Positions 31,773 through 42,733 of a stretch of DNA of 64,000 nt are shown here, one piece after another. Within the stretch, counting starts at the first letter, position 1, and each line of letters opens with the position of its first letter. This DNA is from an uncultured Verrucomicrobiae bacterium. GTDB taxonomy: Bacteria > Verrucomicrobiota > Verrucomicrobiia > Chthoniobacterales > Chthoniobacteraceae. The notes beneath the pieces were generated by a model, which ran no database searches, was not told where the DNA came from, and worked only from the letters and a program-made list of their open reading frames with translations. Both the position numbers and the translations under genes were made by a program. Location of the stretch: the NCBI GenBank assembly GCA_963769025.1, contig CAVYKI010000009.1, forward strand, positions 928,001 to 992,000. Direction: 5' to 3'.

Positions 31773-33173
31773 TCAGGGCCAGTTTGCAGCAAGCTCGGCG
31801 AGCGTTCGCACGCCAAATCCCGTCGCGCCCTTCGCAAGCGCGATGCCGTCCTTGTTGCGGTGGGACATGTAGGCGATGTCGAGGTGCACCCACGGCGTCT
31901 TTTCCGCAAAAGTCCGCAGGAACGCCGCCGCCGTACAGGCTCCCGCCAGGCGCCCGCCGCTGTTTTTCAGCAGGGCGACGTCGCTCCGGATCGCTTCGTC
32001 GTACTCCGGAAAATGGGGCATCGGCCACAGGCGCTCGCCGCATTTCCGCGATGCGGCGAGGACGGCATCGCGCAGGCGGTCGTCACTGCTCCAGAGCCCA
32101 GCCGCCGCTTCGCCGAGCGCGACACCGCATGCGCCGGTGAGCGTCGCGATGTCCACGATGGCGGCCGCGCGGAGATCCTTGCGCGCATAGCCGATCGCAT
32201 CCGCGAGAATCATCCGCCCCTCCGCGTCGGTGTTCACCACCTCGACGTGCCGCCCGTCGTAGCAGGTCACGATGTCGCCCGGGCGATATGCAGCAGATCC
32301 CGGCATATTCTCCGCGGCGGGGATGAGGCCGACGACGTTGCGCCGCACCCCGAACTTCGCAATCGCGAGCATTGCGCCGAGTACGGCTGCACCGCCGCAC
32401 TTGTCCCAGATCATCTGCTCCATGTCCGCCGCGGGCTTGATGGAAATGCCGCCGGTGTCGAACGTGACCGCCTTGCCCACCAGCGCGAGCGGGGCCTGCG
32501 TTTTCGATCCGCCGCGATGCTCGAGAACGATCAGACGCGGAGGCCGCGCGCTGCCACTTCCGACCGCAGTGATTCCGCCAAATCGCCGCACGCGGAGCTG
32601 CCGGTCATCGAGCACCGTACAGCGCAGCCCGTGCTTCTTCGCATGCCATCGCGCCTCTTCGGCGAGCGTTTCGGGAAAAACGACATTGCCCGGCCGGTTG
32701 GCGATCCCGCGTGCGAGATTCGTGAAATCCCCCAGCGTATGCGCGAGCGCCACCGCCTTTTTCACGGTGCCGGCCTGCCGCGCTCCGACCACAAGATTCA
32801 CCTGCTGCAATCCGCGGCTGCGCGTCGTCTTGAATTCCTCATTCGAGTAATCGGCAAGGACGATGCCCTCCACCGCAGCCGCGGAAAACTGCGGCCAGTC
32901 CGCGAGGATCACGTTGAAGCGCGTGCGTCCGCTCCGCTTCATCGCCAATGCTGCGGCGCCGGCCGCCAGGCGGACTTCATCCGCACCGACTTTCCCGGCG
33001 TCGCCCAGGCCGACGCAAAGGACGTCCTCGCCGTGGTGGAACACTCGTGAAGCGGGCTTCAGCGACAGCTCCTGCTCCGAAATCCCCTTCGGAAGAGCTC
33101 CGCGCTGTGCGGTGGTAAAAAAACGAACCGCGGGTGTGGCCGAAGGGACCTTGGTGAGAACGGAAATTTTCAC
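31773..33173 (-). CDS. pepA: Leucyl aminopeptidase (M17)
   Basis: VGKAVTFDTGG..IKP, NTDAEGR, ATLTGA, WVHLDIA; GTG start inferred. Confidence 0.92.
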   Translation of the reverse strand: MKISVLTKVPSATPAVRFFTTAQRGALPKGISEQELSLKPASRVFHHGEDVLCVGLGDAGKVGADEVRLAAGAAALAMKRSGRTRFNVILADWPQFSAAAVEGIVLADYSNEEFKTTRSRGLQQVNLVVGARQAGTVKKAVALAHTLGDFTNLARGIANRPGNVVFPETLAEEARWHAKKHGLRCTVLDDRQLRVRRFGGITAVGSGSARPPRLIVLEHRGGSKTQAPLALVGKAVTFDTGGISIKPAADMEQMIWDKCGGAAVLGAMLAIAKFGVRRNVVGLIPAAENMPGSAAYRPGDIVTCYDGRHVEVVNTDAEGRMILADAIGYARKDLRAAAIVDIATLTGACGVALGEAAAGLWSSDDRLRDAVLAASRKCGERLWPMPHFPEYDEAIRSDVALLKNSGGRLAGACTAAAFLRTFAEKTPWVHLDIAYMSHRNKDGIALAKGATGFGVRTLAELAANWP

Positions 33174-33313
33174 ACGCGCGTTTACACAGGGATGCCCGTG
33201 CGCGGCGAGGCGCATTTCGCACGGCACGCCGCCGCACTCGCGAAATTGCGGACACGCTTTTCCTCCCGGGGAAACTCACGCCGTGCCTTGTCAGACGCGG
33301 CAGCCGCTTCCCG

Positions 33314-34906
33314 TCAAAGCTGCACGACCTGCGCGGAACGGATGTCCGGCTCGGCGAGCATTTCCTTCAGCACGGCTTCGCCGGGGACGCTGTCGAGATT
33401 CAGGATGCCGAGCGCGTTCCCGCCGGCCTCATTGCGACCGAGGCTCATGCTGGCGATGTTCACGCCGTGCTTGCCGAACAGGTTGCCGATCAGGCCGACC
33501 ATTCCGGGCCGATCCTTGTTCTCGTAGATGAGCAGCACGCCGTCGGGCTTCGCTTCCACGTGGCGTCCGTTCATCTTCACGATGCGCGGCTGGCTGCCGA
33601 AGAAGGTGCCTGCAACGCTCACCCATCCGCCTTCGCCGGTCGCGGTCAGTTCGATCAGTTCGGTGTAATCACCACCGTTGCTCTCGCGGCTCTCGGTCAC
33701 TTTCAGGCCGAGTTGCTTTGCAAAATCCGGCGCATTCACTTCGTTCGCCTCGCCGCCGCTCGCCGCAAAGAGGAAGCTCTTCAGGATCGCCCGCGTAACC
33801 GCAGTGGTGTCGTGGTCGTTGATTTTGCCGGCGAAGTTGATGTGCAGCGTGTCGCAACGCTTCGCCGCGATCTGCCGGAGCAGCATGCCGAGACGCGCTC
33901 CGAGGGCGATGTGCGGGCCGATGATGGCGAGCGTCTTCGCGTCGAGGTTCGGCATGTTCACCGCGTTGCGGACTTCACCGCTCATCAGCATTGCGCGGAT
34001 CTGCTGTGCGACTTCGATGCCGACATTCTCCTGCGCCTCCGCGGTGCTCGCGCCGAGGTGCGGCGTGAGCACGACATTCGGCAGCGAGCGCAGCGGGAAA
34101 TCCGCGGGCGGCGGCTCCACTTCGTAAACGTCCAAGGCTGCCGCCGCGACCTGGCGGCTCTTCAGCGCATCGTAGAGCGCCTTCTCGTCCACCAGCCCTC
34201 CACGGGCGCAATTGATGATCCGCACGCCCTTCTTCGTCTTCGCGAGGCGTTCGGCGTTGAGCATGTTCTTCGTCTCGTCCGTGAGCGGCATGTGCATCGT
34301 GATGTAGTCGGCCAGCGGGACGATTTCATCGAGACGCTCGACCAATTCCACCTGCAGGGAACGCGCGCGACTCGCGGAGAGATACGGGTCGTAGGCATAA
34401 ACGCGCATCCCGAAGGCAATCGCGCGCCGCGCGATCTCCGTGCCGATGCGGCCCATTCCGAGAATGGCGAGCGTCTTGCCGTAAAGCTCGACACCCTCGA
34501 AAGACTTGCGGTCCCACTTGCCCGCCTTCACCGACGCATCCGCCTGCGCGATGTTGCGCGAAATCGCCATGAGCAGGCTGAACGCGTGCTCTGCCGTGGA
34601 GATTGTGTTTCCCGCCGGCGTGTTCATCACCACGACGCCGCGCTTCGTGGCCGCCTCCACGTCCACATTGTCCACACCGACACCGGCGCGGCCCACGACC
34701 TTCAGATTCTTCGCCGCCTCGATCACCCTTGCGTTCACCTTCGTCTGAGAGCGCACGACGAGGCCCTCGAATTCGCCGATGATTTTCAGAAGCTCCTCCT
34801 CCTTCAGGCCCGTCTTCACGGTCACGTCGAGCAGACCCCCTTCCTGCAGTTCGGCGATGCCGCGCTCGCTCACTGGATCGGCCACTAGGACTTTTGGTTT
34901 GTTCAT
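33314..34906 (-). CDS. serA: D-3-phosphoglycerate dehydrogenase with C-terminal ACT domain
   Basis: GRAGVGVDN, GMGRIG, NCARGG, TPHLGAST, DRPG...NIA. Confidence 0.96.
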   Translation of the reverse strand: MNKPKVLVADPVSERGIAELQEGGLLDVTVKTGLKEEELLKIIGEFEGLVVRSQTKVNARVIEAAKNLKVVGRAGVGVDNVDVEAATKRGVVVMNTPAGNTISTAEHAFSLLMAISRNIAQADASVKAGKWDRKSFEGVELYGKTLAILGMGRIGTEIARRAIAFGMRVYAYDPYLSASRARSLQVELVERLDEIVPLADYITMHMPLTDETKNMLNAERLAKTKKGVRIINCARGGLVDEKALYDALKSRQVAAAALDVYEVEPPPADFPLRSLPNVVLTPHLGASTAEAQENVGIEVAQQIRAMLMSGEVRNAVNMPNLDAKTLAIIGPHIALGARLGMLLRQIAAKRCDTLHINFAGKINDHDTTAVTRAILKSFLFAASGGEANEVNAPDFAKQLGLKVTESRESNGGDYTELIELTATGEGGWVSVAGTFFGSQPRIVKMNGRHVEAKPDGVLLIYENKDRPGMVGLIGNLFGKHGVNIASMSLGRNEAGGNALGILNLDSVPGEAVLKEMLAEPDIRSAQVVQL

Positions 34907-35003
34907 TTTGGAGTATTGAAAATGGGCGCGCAGTCTGCGCACCAAGCCGCCGCTGGCAAATCGAAAGTTGCCCCCACCCCGCCCGAACCGATAACGAACC
35001 TTC

Positions 35004-35831
35004 ATGCGAATCGCTCGTCTCCAACTCCCCGATGCCTCCGTCATCTTCGCCCGCCAGCACGCCGGCGGAGAATTCACGCGTCTCACCGGCGGGCCATACG
35101 GGCCGTTCGCCGACACCGGCGAGACGGTGTCCGGAAAGTTGCTCGCGCCGGTGGTGCCGAGTGCGATTCTGTGCATCGGGCTGAACTACAAAAAGCACGC
35201 CGCGGAATCGAATTCGCCGCTGCCGAAGTTCCCGGTGCTCTTCGTGAAGTCGGCAGGCGCTGTGCAGGATCCCGAGGGGACCATTTTCCTCCCGCGCCGC
35301 CTGCGCAGCGACAAGGTGGACTACGAGGCGGAACTGGCCGTCGTGATCGGTCGCGCGGCCAAGAATGTTTCGCGCGAAAACGCGCTCGACCATGTCCTCG
35401 GCTACACGTGCGCGAACGACGTGAGCGCGCGCGACTGGCAGAAAGACGGCGGCGGCGGGCAATGGTGCCGCGGGAAGTCGTTCGACACGTTCTGCCCGCT
35501 CGGGCCGGTGCTCGTGACGCCCGAATCCCTCCCCGACCCGCATGCGCTCCGCATCGCCGCCCGTGTGAACGGCGAGACGCTGCAGGACTGGACGACCGGC
35601 GACATGATTTTCGACGTTGCGACGATCATCGAGTTCCTGAGCAGCAGCAACACGCTGCAGCCCGGCACGGTGATCCTCACCGGCACGCCGCACGGCGTCG
35701 GCATGGCGCGCACCCCTCCCCGCTGGCTGCTGCCCGGCGATGTCGCCGAGATCGAGATCGAGAAAATCGGCACGTTGCGCAATCCGGTCGCCGAGGAACC
35801 GGCCGAGGAAGGGCGCTTCCGCATGGCGTAG
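35004..35831 (+). CDS. Fumarylacetoacetate hydrolase family protein
   Basis: CIGLNY, DYEAEL, NDVSARD, GKSFDTF, LTGTP.GVG. Confidence 0.93.
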   Translation: MRIARLQLPDASVIFARQHAGGEFTRLTGGPYGPFADTGETVSGKLLAPVVPSAILCIGLNYKKHAAESNSPLPKFPVLFVKSAGAVQDPEGTIFLPRRLRSDKVDYEAELAVVIGRAAKNVSRENALDHVLGYTCANDVSARDWQKDGGGGQWCRGKSFDTFCPLGPVLVTPESLPDPHALRIAARVNGETLQDWTTGDMIFDVATIIEFLSSSNTLQPGTVILTGTPHGVGMARTPPRWLLPGDVAEIEIEKIGTLRNPVAEEPAEEGRFRMA

Positions 35832-35872
35832 CCGCCCACGGGAGTCGCATCGCATTTCTGCAGCAAACGACA

Positions 35873-35902
35873 AAGGCCGGATGCCACTCAGCATCCGGCC
35901 TT
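35873..35902. terminator. Rho-independent terminator hairpin between convergent genes
   Basis: Perfect 12-bp stem AAGGCCGGATGC-CACTCA-GCATCCGGCCTT; T-rich tail on the minus strand. Confidence 0.8.
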
Positions 35903-35952
35903 CGTGAATTCGTTCATTCCTCCGGCACGTGCGCCGGCGGATGCCAGCTTGC

Positions 35953-37267
35953 CTACCCGAGCAGTTCTTTGATCGCCGTGCCGTAGCGCGCGATCATCAC
36001 GGGACGTCCGCTCGGGGTGTTGTATTCCTTCTGCGGATTGATGCCGAGCGCGGTGTAGAAGGTCGCGGCGATGTCGTCCGGCGTGATCGCCTTGTCCTTC
36101 GGTCCTTCGCCCTTCTCATCGCTTTCGCCGAGCACCTGACCCATCTTGATGCCGCCGCCCGCGAGGAGCGTGAACATCGCCCGCGGATAATGGTCGCGGC
36201 CCGCGCGCGCGTTGACCTTCGGCGTGCGGCCGAATTCGCCGGTGACATAGACGACCGTGGAGTCGAGCAGGCCCTTGAGCGCGAGCGCCTGGAAGAGGCC
36301 GCTGAGGCCGGAATCGAGCTGCGGGAGCTGCTTGTTTTTCAGCGCATTGAAGTTGTCCGAGTGCGTGTCCCAGCCGCCGAGGTTGAGCGTGACAAACTTC
36401 ACGCCGCTCTCCACGAGCCGCGTCGCGAGCAGGCAGCTCTGCGAGAATGCGTCATTGCCGAAGAGCGTCGTCATGTTCGACGATTCCTTCGACAGATCGA
36501 AGGCGTCGCGCGCCTTTGTCGAACGCATCATCGCGTAGGCCTTCTGGCCAAACTCGTCCATGCCGGAGAGAATCTTGTCCTCCTTCGCGAAGTCGCCGAA
36601 TGCATTGTCGTAGCGCTTCACGAGGTTCTGTCGGCGATCCACGTCTTCCATGGTGACGCCGCGCAGCGCGAGCCCGCGGATTTCCATCGCCTTGCCGGCC
36701 TGCGGAGCTCGATCCGGTGTCGAAGGGGCCGTATTCCACGCCGAGGTAGCCGGTGGGGTTGTTCCCCTGCGAGGGCACCGCGACAAACGCGGGCAGCTCC
36801 GGCGACCCACCGATTTCCTTCGCGACGACCGATCCGAAGCTCGGGAACTTCAGCGAGGGCAGCGGACGGTTGCCGGTGCCCATGTAGAGCGAGCCGAGTT
36901 CGTGCGCCGCGAGCGTGTGCGAGACACCGCGCAGGATCGCGAATTTGTCCGCGCACGTCGCGAGCTTCGGCAGGTGCTCGGAAATTTGCATGCCGGCGAC
37001 ATTCGTCGCGATGGGCTTGAATTCGCCGCGGTGCGTGTCGGGCGCGTCGGGCTTCAAGTCGAACGTGTCCATGTGGCTCGGTCCGCCGCCGAGGCGGACG
37101 AAGATCGCGGCCTTCGCCTTGCCTTTCAGCGGCGAGGCAGCCGTGGCGGCACCCGCGTTTGCGGCGAGGAAATGTTGGAGGCTGAATCCCATGCCGAAGC
37201 CTGTGATGGCGCCGACGCGGATGAAGTCACGGCGCGTGACGCCGTCGCAGCAGATGTATTTGCTCAT
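35953..37267 (-). CDS. DUF1501 family protein with Tat motif (frameshift near 36710)
   Basis: TRRDF, GGPSHMDTFD.KP, GWDTH, GEFGRTP, GRDHYP. Confidence 0.9.
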
Positions 37268-37328
37268 GGTGGTGGTGGTTTGTGTTCGGGGTTGGGAGTT
37301 GGGGTTGAAAATCGGGCGTCGCTTTCCG

Positions 37329-40192
37329 TCAGTGGTTCACCATGAACTCGCGCGTGTTCAGCATCGCCCAGAGCAGATCGCGGACGCCTTCGAGCGGAGC
37401 CTTCGCGGCGGCCACATCGGCCTTTGCCTGCGTGAGCTCGGCAGCGCTCGGCGGACGGCTGAGCGTGCGCAGGAATATCTCGGTGATCGCATCCTCCATG
37501 TTGAACGGCTTCACCGGCTTTTCCGCCTCGGCGATCTGCTTCTGCAGTTCCGCCTTGCGCACGTTCATCTCCGCAACCCGCGCCTCGTACTGCCGCAGTT
37601 TTTCCTCGTAGCGGCTCGTCGCCTCCGCATCGCCCTCCTCCGGCTTCTCAGGCGCCTTCAGAAACTTGGCGGCCTTCCCCTCGCCCGGCGAAAGCTGGGC
37701 CAGTTTCTTCCGGAGCGCTTCGGGACTGCGCTCGCCATCCGGCGCGAGTTGGCTCCGCATTTCGTCCAGCCAACTCGCCCCTTTGTTTCCATCCAGACGC
37801 TGAAGCATCGATGGGATCGTTCCGCGTGAAGATGGTCTGGAGCAGGGTGGGATCGGTCGTGCGCTCGCAGTCGCAGTTGGTCTCGCGCGCGGGCTTGCCG
37901 AAAATGTTCAGCGCATAGCTGTCGCCGCCGCCCTTGCCGTTGCCGGACGTCGCATTCGGCCCGATGGACCGCTCGGTGATCTCGGTCGGAAATTTCGCCG
38001 CACGCTCCGTCGAGGCCGTGGCCATCGCGATGGCGTCGAAAACGACTTCGGCCGGCAGGCGGCGGATGACGGCGTGGCTGAAATTTTTCTCGTCCAGCTT
38101 GTTGGTCGGATTCGTCTTCCAGCTCCGCTGATACGTGTCGCTGTTCAGGATCTCCTTGTGCAGCCACTTCATGTCGAAATTGCGCGCCACAAAACCATCC
38201 GCGAGGTAGTCGAAAAGCGCGGCATTGCTCGGGGCATTCGCGAGGTTCAGGTCGTCCGCCGGCTCCACGATGCCGCGGCTGAAATACGAGGCCCACACGC
38301 GGTTCACGAATGCCTTCGCAAAATACGGGTTCTCCTTGCCGCGCAGCCATTCCATCAGCGGCGCGCGCGGATCGTTGTATTGCGTCCATCGCCACTTCAC
38401 CGCCGCCGAGAATCTTCGGGGTGATGACCCGCGAGCTGCCCTTCACCTCCTTCTTGTCCTGCTTCATCGGCTGGCCCACGCGCTTGATGTCCACAACGAG
38501 TTCATCCCACGGAATCGGCTCACCCGCGGCGATGCGCCGGCTCACCTCCGTCTGTTCGTACTTCTGCTTCTCATTCTTTTTCGGGTCCACCGGCTTCCCC
38601 GCCATGGACGCCTCCACCTTCTCCTTGATCTCCTGGCGAAGGCTCGCCGGCGTCATTTCGGCCGTAGCTCCGGCGGCTTCCTCGCCCTTCGCCATCTTCC
38701 CCTTCCCGCCATTTCCGCCACCGTAGGCGACTCCGGAAAAGAACGCCTGGAAGTGCTCAAAGTCCTGCTTCGTCCATTGATCGAACGGATGCTTGTGACA
38801 CTGCGCGCACTCGATCCGCACGCCGAGGAATGTGTGCGCAAACGCCAGCGCCTTCTCCTCGGGCTTCTGCACGTTCTGCCGCATCCAATACCACGGGAGA
38901 TTCGAGCGGTGCGCGAAATCCGCCGGCTGGTCCTTGCGGAAATAGCTGCCCATCTCGTTCACGAAGTCCGCGTACTTCTGATCCGGCGCAGTGCGGCTGA
39001 CAGCCAGCACGATCCCCGCGGCAAGTTGGTCGTACGGCGTGTTGTCCGCGATGCGCTTATAGATCCAGGAGTACCATTGCTTCGACATCTCGCCGTTCAG
39101 GTTTCTCCCATTTCCGTTCATGCGGATCAGCCGCGGATTGTTGCCGGTGAAATCGCACAGCTTCGTCGTCCACCACGCCGCATACGACGGGCGCGCGAGC
39201 AGTTCGTCCACTTTCCGTGCGCGCTTGTCCGGCGCGGTGTCCTTCGCAAATGCCTCGATCTCCTTCGGCGTCGGCAGCGTCCCCGTCACATCGAGCGAAG
39301 CGCGCCGCAGGAACTCCAAATCGGTGCAAATCTCGCTCGGCAGGATGCCAGTCTTGCGAAGTTTCGCGATCACGAGTTCGTCCACCTTCGTCCGCGTCTT
39401 CACCGCCGGGAATTTCGCCCCGACGCGATCCGAGACCGGGAGCACCGCGGGCACCGGTTCCACGCCGTTGTCATAAAACGCGACGATGTGTGTGTCGCCC
39501 GGCGTCTTCGCCGTCACCAGACCCGTGTCACTCACGAGCGCCACGGATTCATCGTTCGTCCGGAACCGCGTGAGCTGCGTGACGTCCTCCACTGTCCCGT
39601 CCTTCCAATGCGCGACCACCTTCAACTGGATCGCCTCGCCGGATTTCTTGAACACCAGTTCCTTCGGCGAAACATCCAGCCGCGCAAATTCTCCCGTCTC
39701 CGCCACGTCGCTCTTCGCGCCCGACTGGATCCATTTCAGGATCAGGTTGTATTCCCACGATCCTTTGTCGAAACGCTTCTTGCCCTTGTGCTCCTCGCCG
39801 TCGAGCGACGGCTTCGCGAGGACGAGGCTCTTCACCGGATCATTCAGATCCACGCGAATCTCCTCAGCGCCGCCCTTGCCCTTGGTAATCGCCTCGTGGT
39901 CCTTTTCAAAATCGTAGCCAAAGAGCGAAAGCTGAAATCCACCGCGGCCCTGGAACGAACCGTGGCACTCGCGCCCGCTGCAACCCGCGCGCGACATCAG
40001 CGGAATCACATGCCGGCGGAAGCTCGCCTCGTCCGCCTTCGCCGCAGTCTGCCAGCGCTCCTTCGCAGTTTTCGTGACCGTCGCGGATGCCGATGCTTTC
40101 ACCGGACCCGGGGATGCCGGTGCAGCTTCCCGGATGGCATTCGCGAGGACAGCCGCGGGCAGAAGTGCGGCAAGGATGAGGAAGGGTTTCAT
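37329..40192 (-). CDS. DUF1549/DUF1553 protein with Ig-like domain (frameshifts near 38390 and 37810)
   Basis: GCSGRECHG, FLRRASLD..G.LP, CAQCHKHPFD.W, NPYFAKA.VNRVW, MLNTREFMVNH. Confidence 0.88.
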
Positions 40193-40375
40193 GGGTATTG
40201 GGAGGTGGACGAACCTTCTTTCGCCGACTGGCGAAACGCAGCCCAGAGGGAGGGTTGCAAATGGTTCATTGTGTAAAGGACCGACGCTGCGGGGTTTTCT
40301 TAACAGGAATTTTATGTTCCGGCAGATGTATTTCCATCCGGCAGAAGCGCATCTTCGAGCCTACTCCCCGCACCC

Positions 40376-41689
40376 CTACCCTTTCCACCACCCATCGAGC
40401 TTCGCGCGCATCTTCTCCACGCGCTCCGTCTCCGCATCGGCGAGATTCTTTTCCTCGGTGGGATCGGATTTCAAATTGAAGAGTTCCACCACCGCCGCAG
40501 GCTCGTTCTGCGACGCCGGGACGATCAGCTTCCAGTCGCCTTGGATCACCCAGCGCCACCGCAGGCTCGCCGAGGGATTCGCGAGATCCTTTGAATTGTG
40601 GGTGAAGCATTCGCCGAACACCGCCCCGCGCGCGTTCACCGCCGCCGCATCCGTCAGGCTCACACCGGGCAGACCGTCGGGCCGATGGATGCCGGCCGCG
40701 TCGAGCACGGTGGGGAGAATGTCGAGCGAACTCACCACCGAATCGCTCATCGCTGGACGGATCTTCGCCGGCCAGCGCACCATGATCGGCGTGCGCAAGC
40801 CGCCGTCGTATTGCGACTGCTTGGATTTCGGCGCGTACTTCGGCGCGTTCGGATCCTGAATCCACCCGTTGTCGGTCACGTAAATCACAATGGTATTCTC
40901 CGCGACCTTCTCGCGATCGAGGAAGCCGAGCAGTTCGCCGCACGTCTCGTCGAACCACTCGACCATCGCCCAGTACTTCGCCACATGCTCGCTCGGCGTC
41001 TTGCCCTTGTACTTTTCCAGAAGCCTCGCCGGCGGCGTGTGCGGATCGTGCGGCAGCAGCGGCGCGTACCAGACGAAGAACGGCTTCGACTGCTGCTTCG
41101 CCTCGCCGATGAAATCGTAAATCGGCTGCATCGTCTTGCGGCCAATATCGAGCCCCTGATCGCCGTGGCGCCCGCCCTTCGTCATGCCGTGAGTGAAGCC
41201 GCCATGCGAATACGAACCCTGCCACCATTTCCCCGTCTGGAGGCTCAGGTACCCCTTCGTGCCCAGCAGCCGCGGCAGCGTGGGCATTTCATCCATGTAC
41301 TTGTTCATGATGTCGCGCCCGGCCTGGAACTGCGGCGACCTGTTGAACTCGCGCGGCGTCATCCCGGCGGGAATCGGCGGATCATTGCTCGTCACCCTGT
41401 GCTGATGCGGATAGCGCCCGGTGATGATGCTCGCGAGGCTCGGGCAGCACAGGGACGCGGGAACGTACCCGCGGCGGAATGTCAGCGACTCCGCAGCCAG
41501 CTTGTCGAGATTCGGCGTCTTGATCACCGGATGCCCCATGAACCCGTAGTCACCCCAAGCCTGATCGTCGGACAGGATCAAAACGACATTTGGCTGGGAG
41601 GCGGCACGCGCGGGCACACTGCCGAGGACGCAGACGGCAGAAACCGCGAAGGCGAGAAGTCGGAGAAAACACATGGGTCGGGCATTCAT
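40376..41689 (-). CDS. Sulfatase (S1-like)
   Basis: PNVVLILSDD, TPNLD.LA, SLCCPSLAS..TG, GKW, PHDPH, DNG, K...YDGG.RTP. Confidence 0.9.
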   Translation of the reverse strand: MNARPMCFLRLLAFAVSAVCVLGSVPARAASQPNVVLILSDDQAWGDYGFMGHPVIKTPNLDKLAAESLTFRRGYVPASLCCPSLASIITGRYPHQHRVTSNDPPIPAGMTPREFNRSPQFQAGRDIMNKYMDEMPTLPRLLGTKGYLSLQTGKWWQGSYSHGGFTHGMTKGGRHGDQGLDIGRKTMQPIYDFIGEAKQQSKPFFVWYAPLLPHDPHTPPARLLEKYKGKTPSEHVAKYWAMVEWFDETCGELLGFLDREKVAENTIVIYVTDNGWIQDPNAPKYAPKSKQSQYDGGLRTPIMVRWPAKIRPAMSDSVVSSLDILPTVLDAAGIHRPDGLPGVSLTDAAAVNARGAVFGECFTHNSKDLANPSASLRWRWVIQGDWKLIVPASQNEPAAVVELFNLKSDPTEEKNLADAETERVEKMRAKLDGWWKG

Positions 41690-42636
41690 TTTGAGGTTGG
41701 GAAGAAGGAATCCACCGTCGCGTCACCTGCCAGCCAGCCGAGCGATGCGAGAAATTTGTCCGCCTGCTTGAGCGTCTCGCGGAACATCGCGTTGTCGCCG
41801 CGGCCGAAATTGAAAAAGCCGTGCTGCTGTCCCTCGAAGCCCATGACTTCACATCGGTTCCCGGCCTTTTTCATCGCCTCCGCGAACGCCTCCACTGTCG
41901 CGAACGGCACCGTCGTATCCGCCTTTCCGTGGAAGATGATCGTGGGCGGCGTTCCGGCCTTCACGTTGTGCGCCGGTGAAATCGCGACCGGCTCCGCGCC
42001 GAGCTTCTCCGCGGGAAGCCGCGAGCCGAATCCTCCGAAGTCATTCCCTTCCACCGGCGCGAGCGCGAGCGCGGGATTGAAAAGGACCATCGCATCCGGC
42101 ACCGAACTGACGGCTTTGTCCTCGCCCGGCTCTTCAAGGCCCGGCACCGCACCGGTGCAACCCGCGATGTGACCGCCCGCCGAACCGCCGCCGGCAGCAA
42201 TGCGCTTCGGATCCACGCCGAGCTCCTTCGCATGCGCCCGAACGTAGCGGACCGCCGACTTCGCGTCTGCCACACACTGCGCCGCCTTTGCCTGATGCCG
42301 CGATGCCACGCGGTAGTCCGCCGTGATTGCCACCATCCCGCGCGAGGCAAAATAGCGGCACTGCTGCTCAAACTGCCCAGGCGACCCGCTCGTCCATCCG
42401 CCACCGAAAAAAAGCACAATGGCAGGCCGGCTGTCCGAAGCCTTGTGCCCCTCGGGATTGAAAATGTTCAGCGCGAGCTTCGTCTCGCCGACCGTCTTGT
42501 AAGTCACCACCTGCGCGCCCGAAAATTCGGGCGGATATCCGAACCCGGATTTTTTGACGCGGGTCGCCGGGGCAACCTTTTCAGCAGCGCCGGCCATGCC
42601 GACGATCGTGAGGAGGAGAAACGCGAATGATTTCAT
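41686..42636 (-). CDS. Secreted alpha/beta hydrolase (carbohydrate esterase/lipase-like)
   Basis: FGGGW, DYR, GGSAGGH, HG..D..VP, HGFFN. Confidence 0.9.
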   Translation of the reverse strand: MKSFAFLLLTIVGMAGAAEKVAPATRVKKSGFGYPPEFSGAQVVTYKTVGETKLALNIFNPEGHKASDSRPAIVLFFGGGWTSGSPGQFEQQCRYFASRGMVAITADYRVASRHQAKAAQCVADAKSAVRYVRAHAKELGVDPKRIAAGGGSAGGHIAGCTGAVPGLEEPGEDKAVSSVPDAMVLFNPALALAPVEGNDFGGFGSRLPAEKLGAEPVAISPAHNVKAGTPPTIIFHGKADTTVPFATVEAFAEAMKKAGNRCEVMGFEGQQHGFFNFGRGDNAMFRETLKQADKFLASLGWLAGDATVDSFFPTSK

Positions 42637-42733
42637 AGAAGGGGAAACTGGAACGCGGCTGCACCGCATTCGTCGGCTGCATTCTTGCGCAAGTCACACG
42701 CAGGCCGTCGAGCATCCTCTCGAAACCGGCCCG

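Noticed and set aside
40219..40236. Hairpin TTTCGCC-GACT-GGCGAAA upstream of the DUF1553 gene
   Set aside because: Short, single copy, no GTAG foot or U tail; cannot assign a function.
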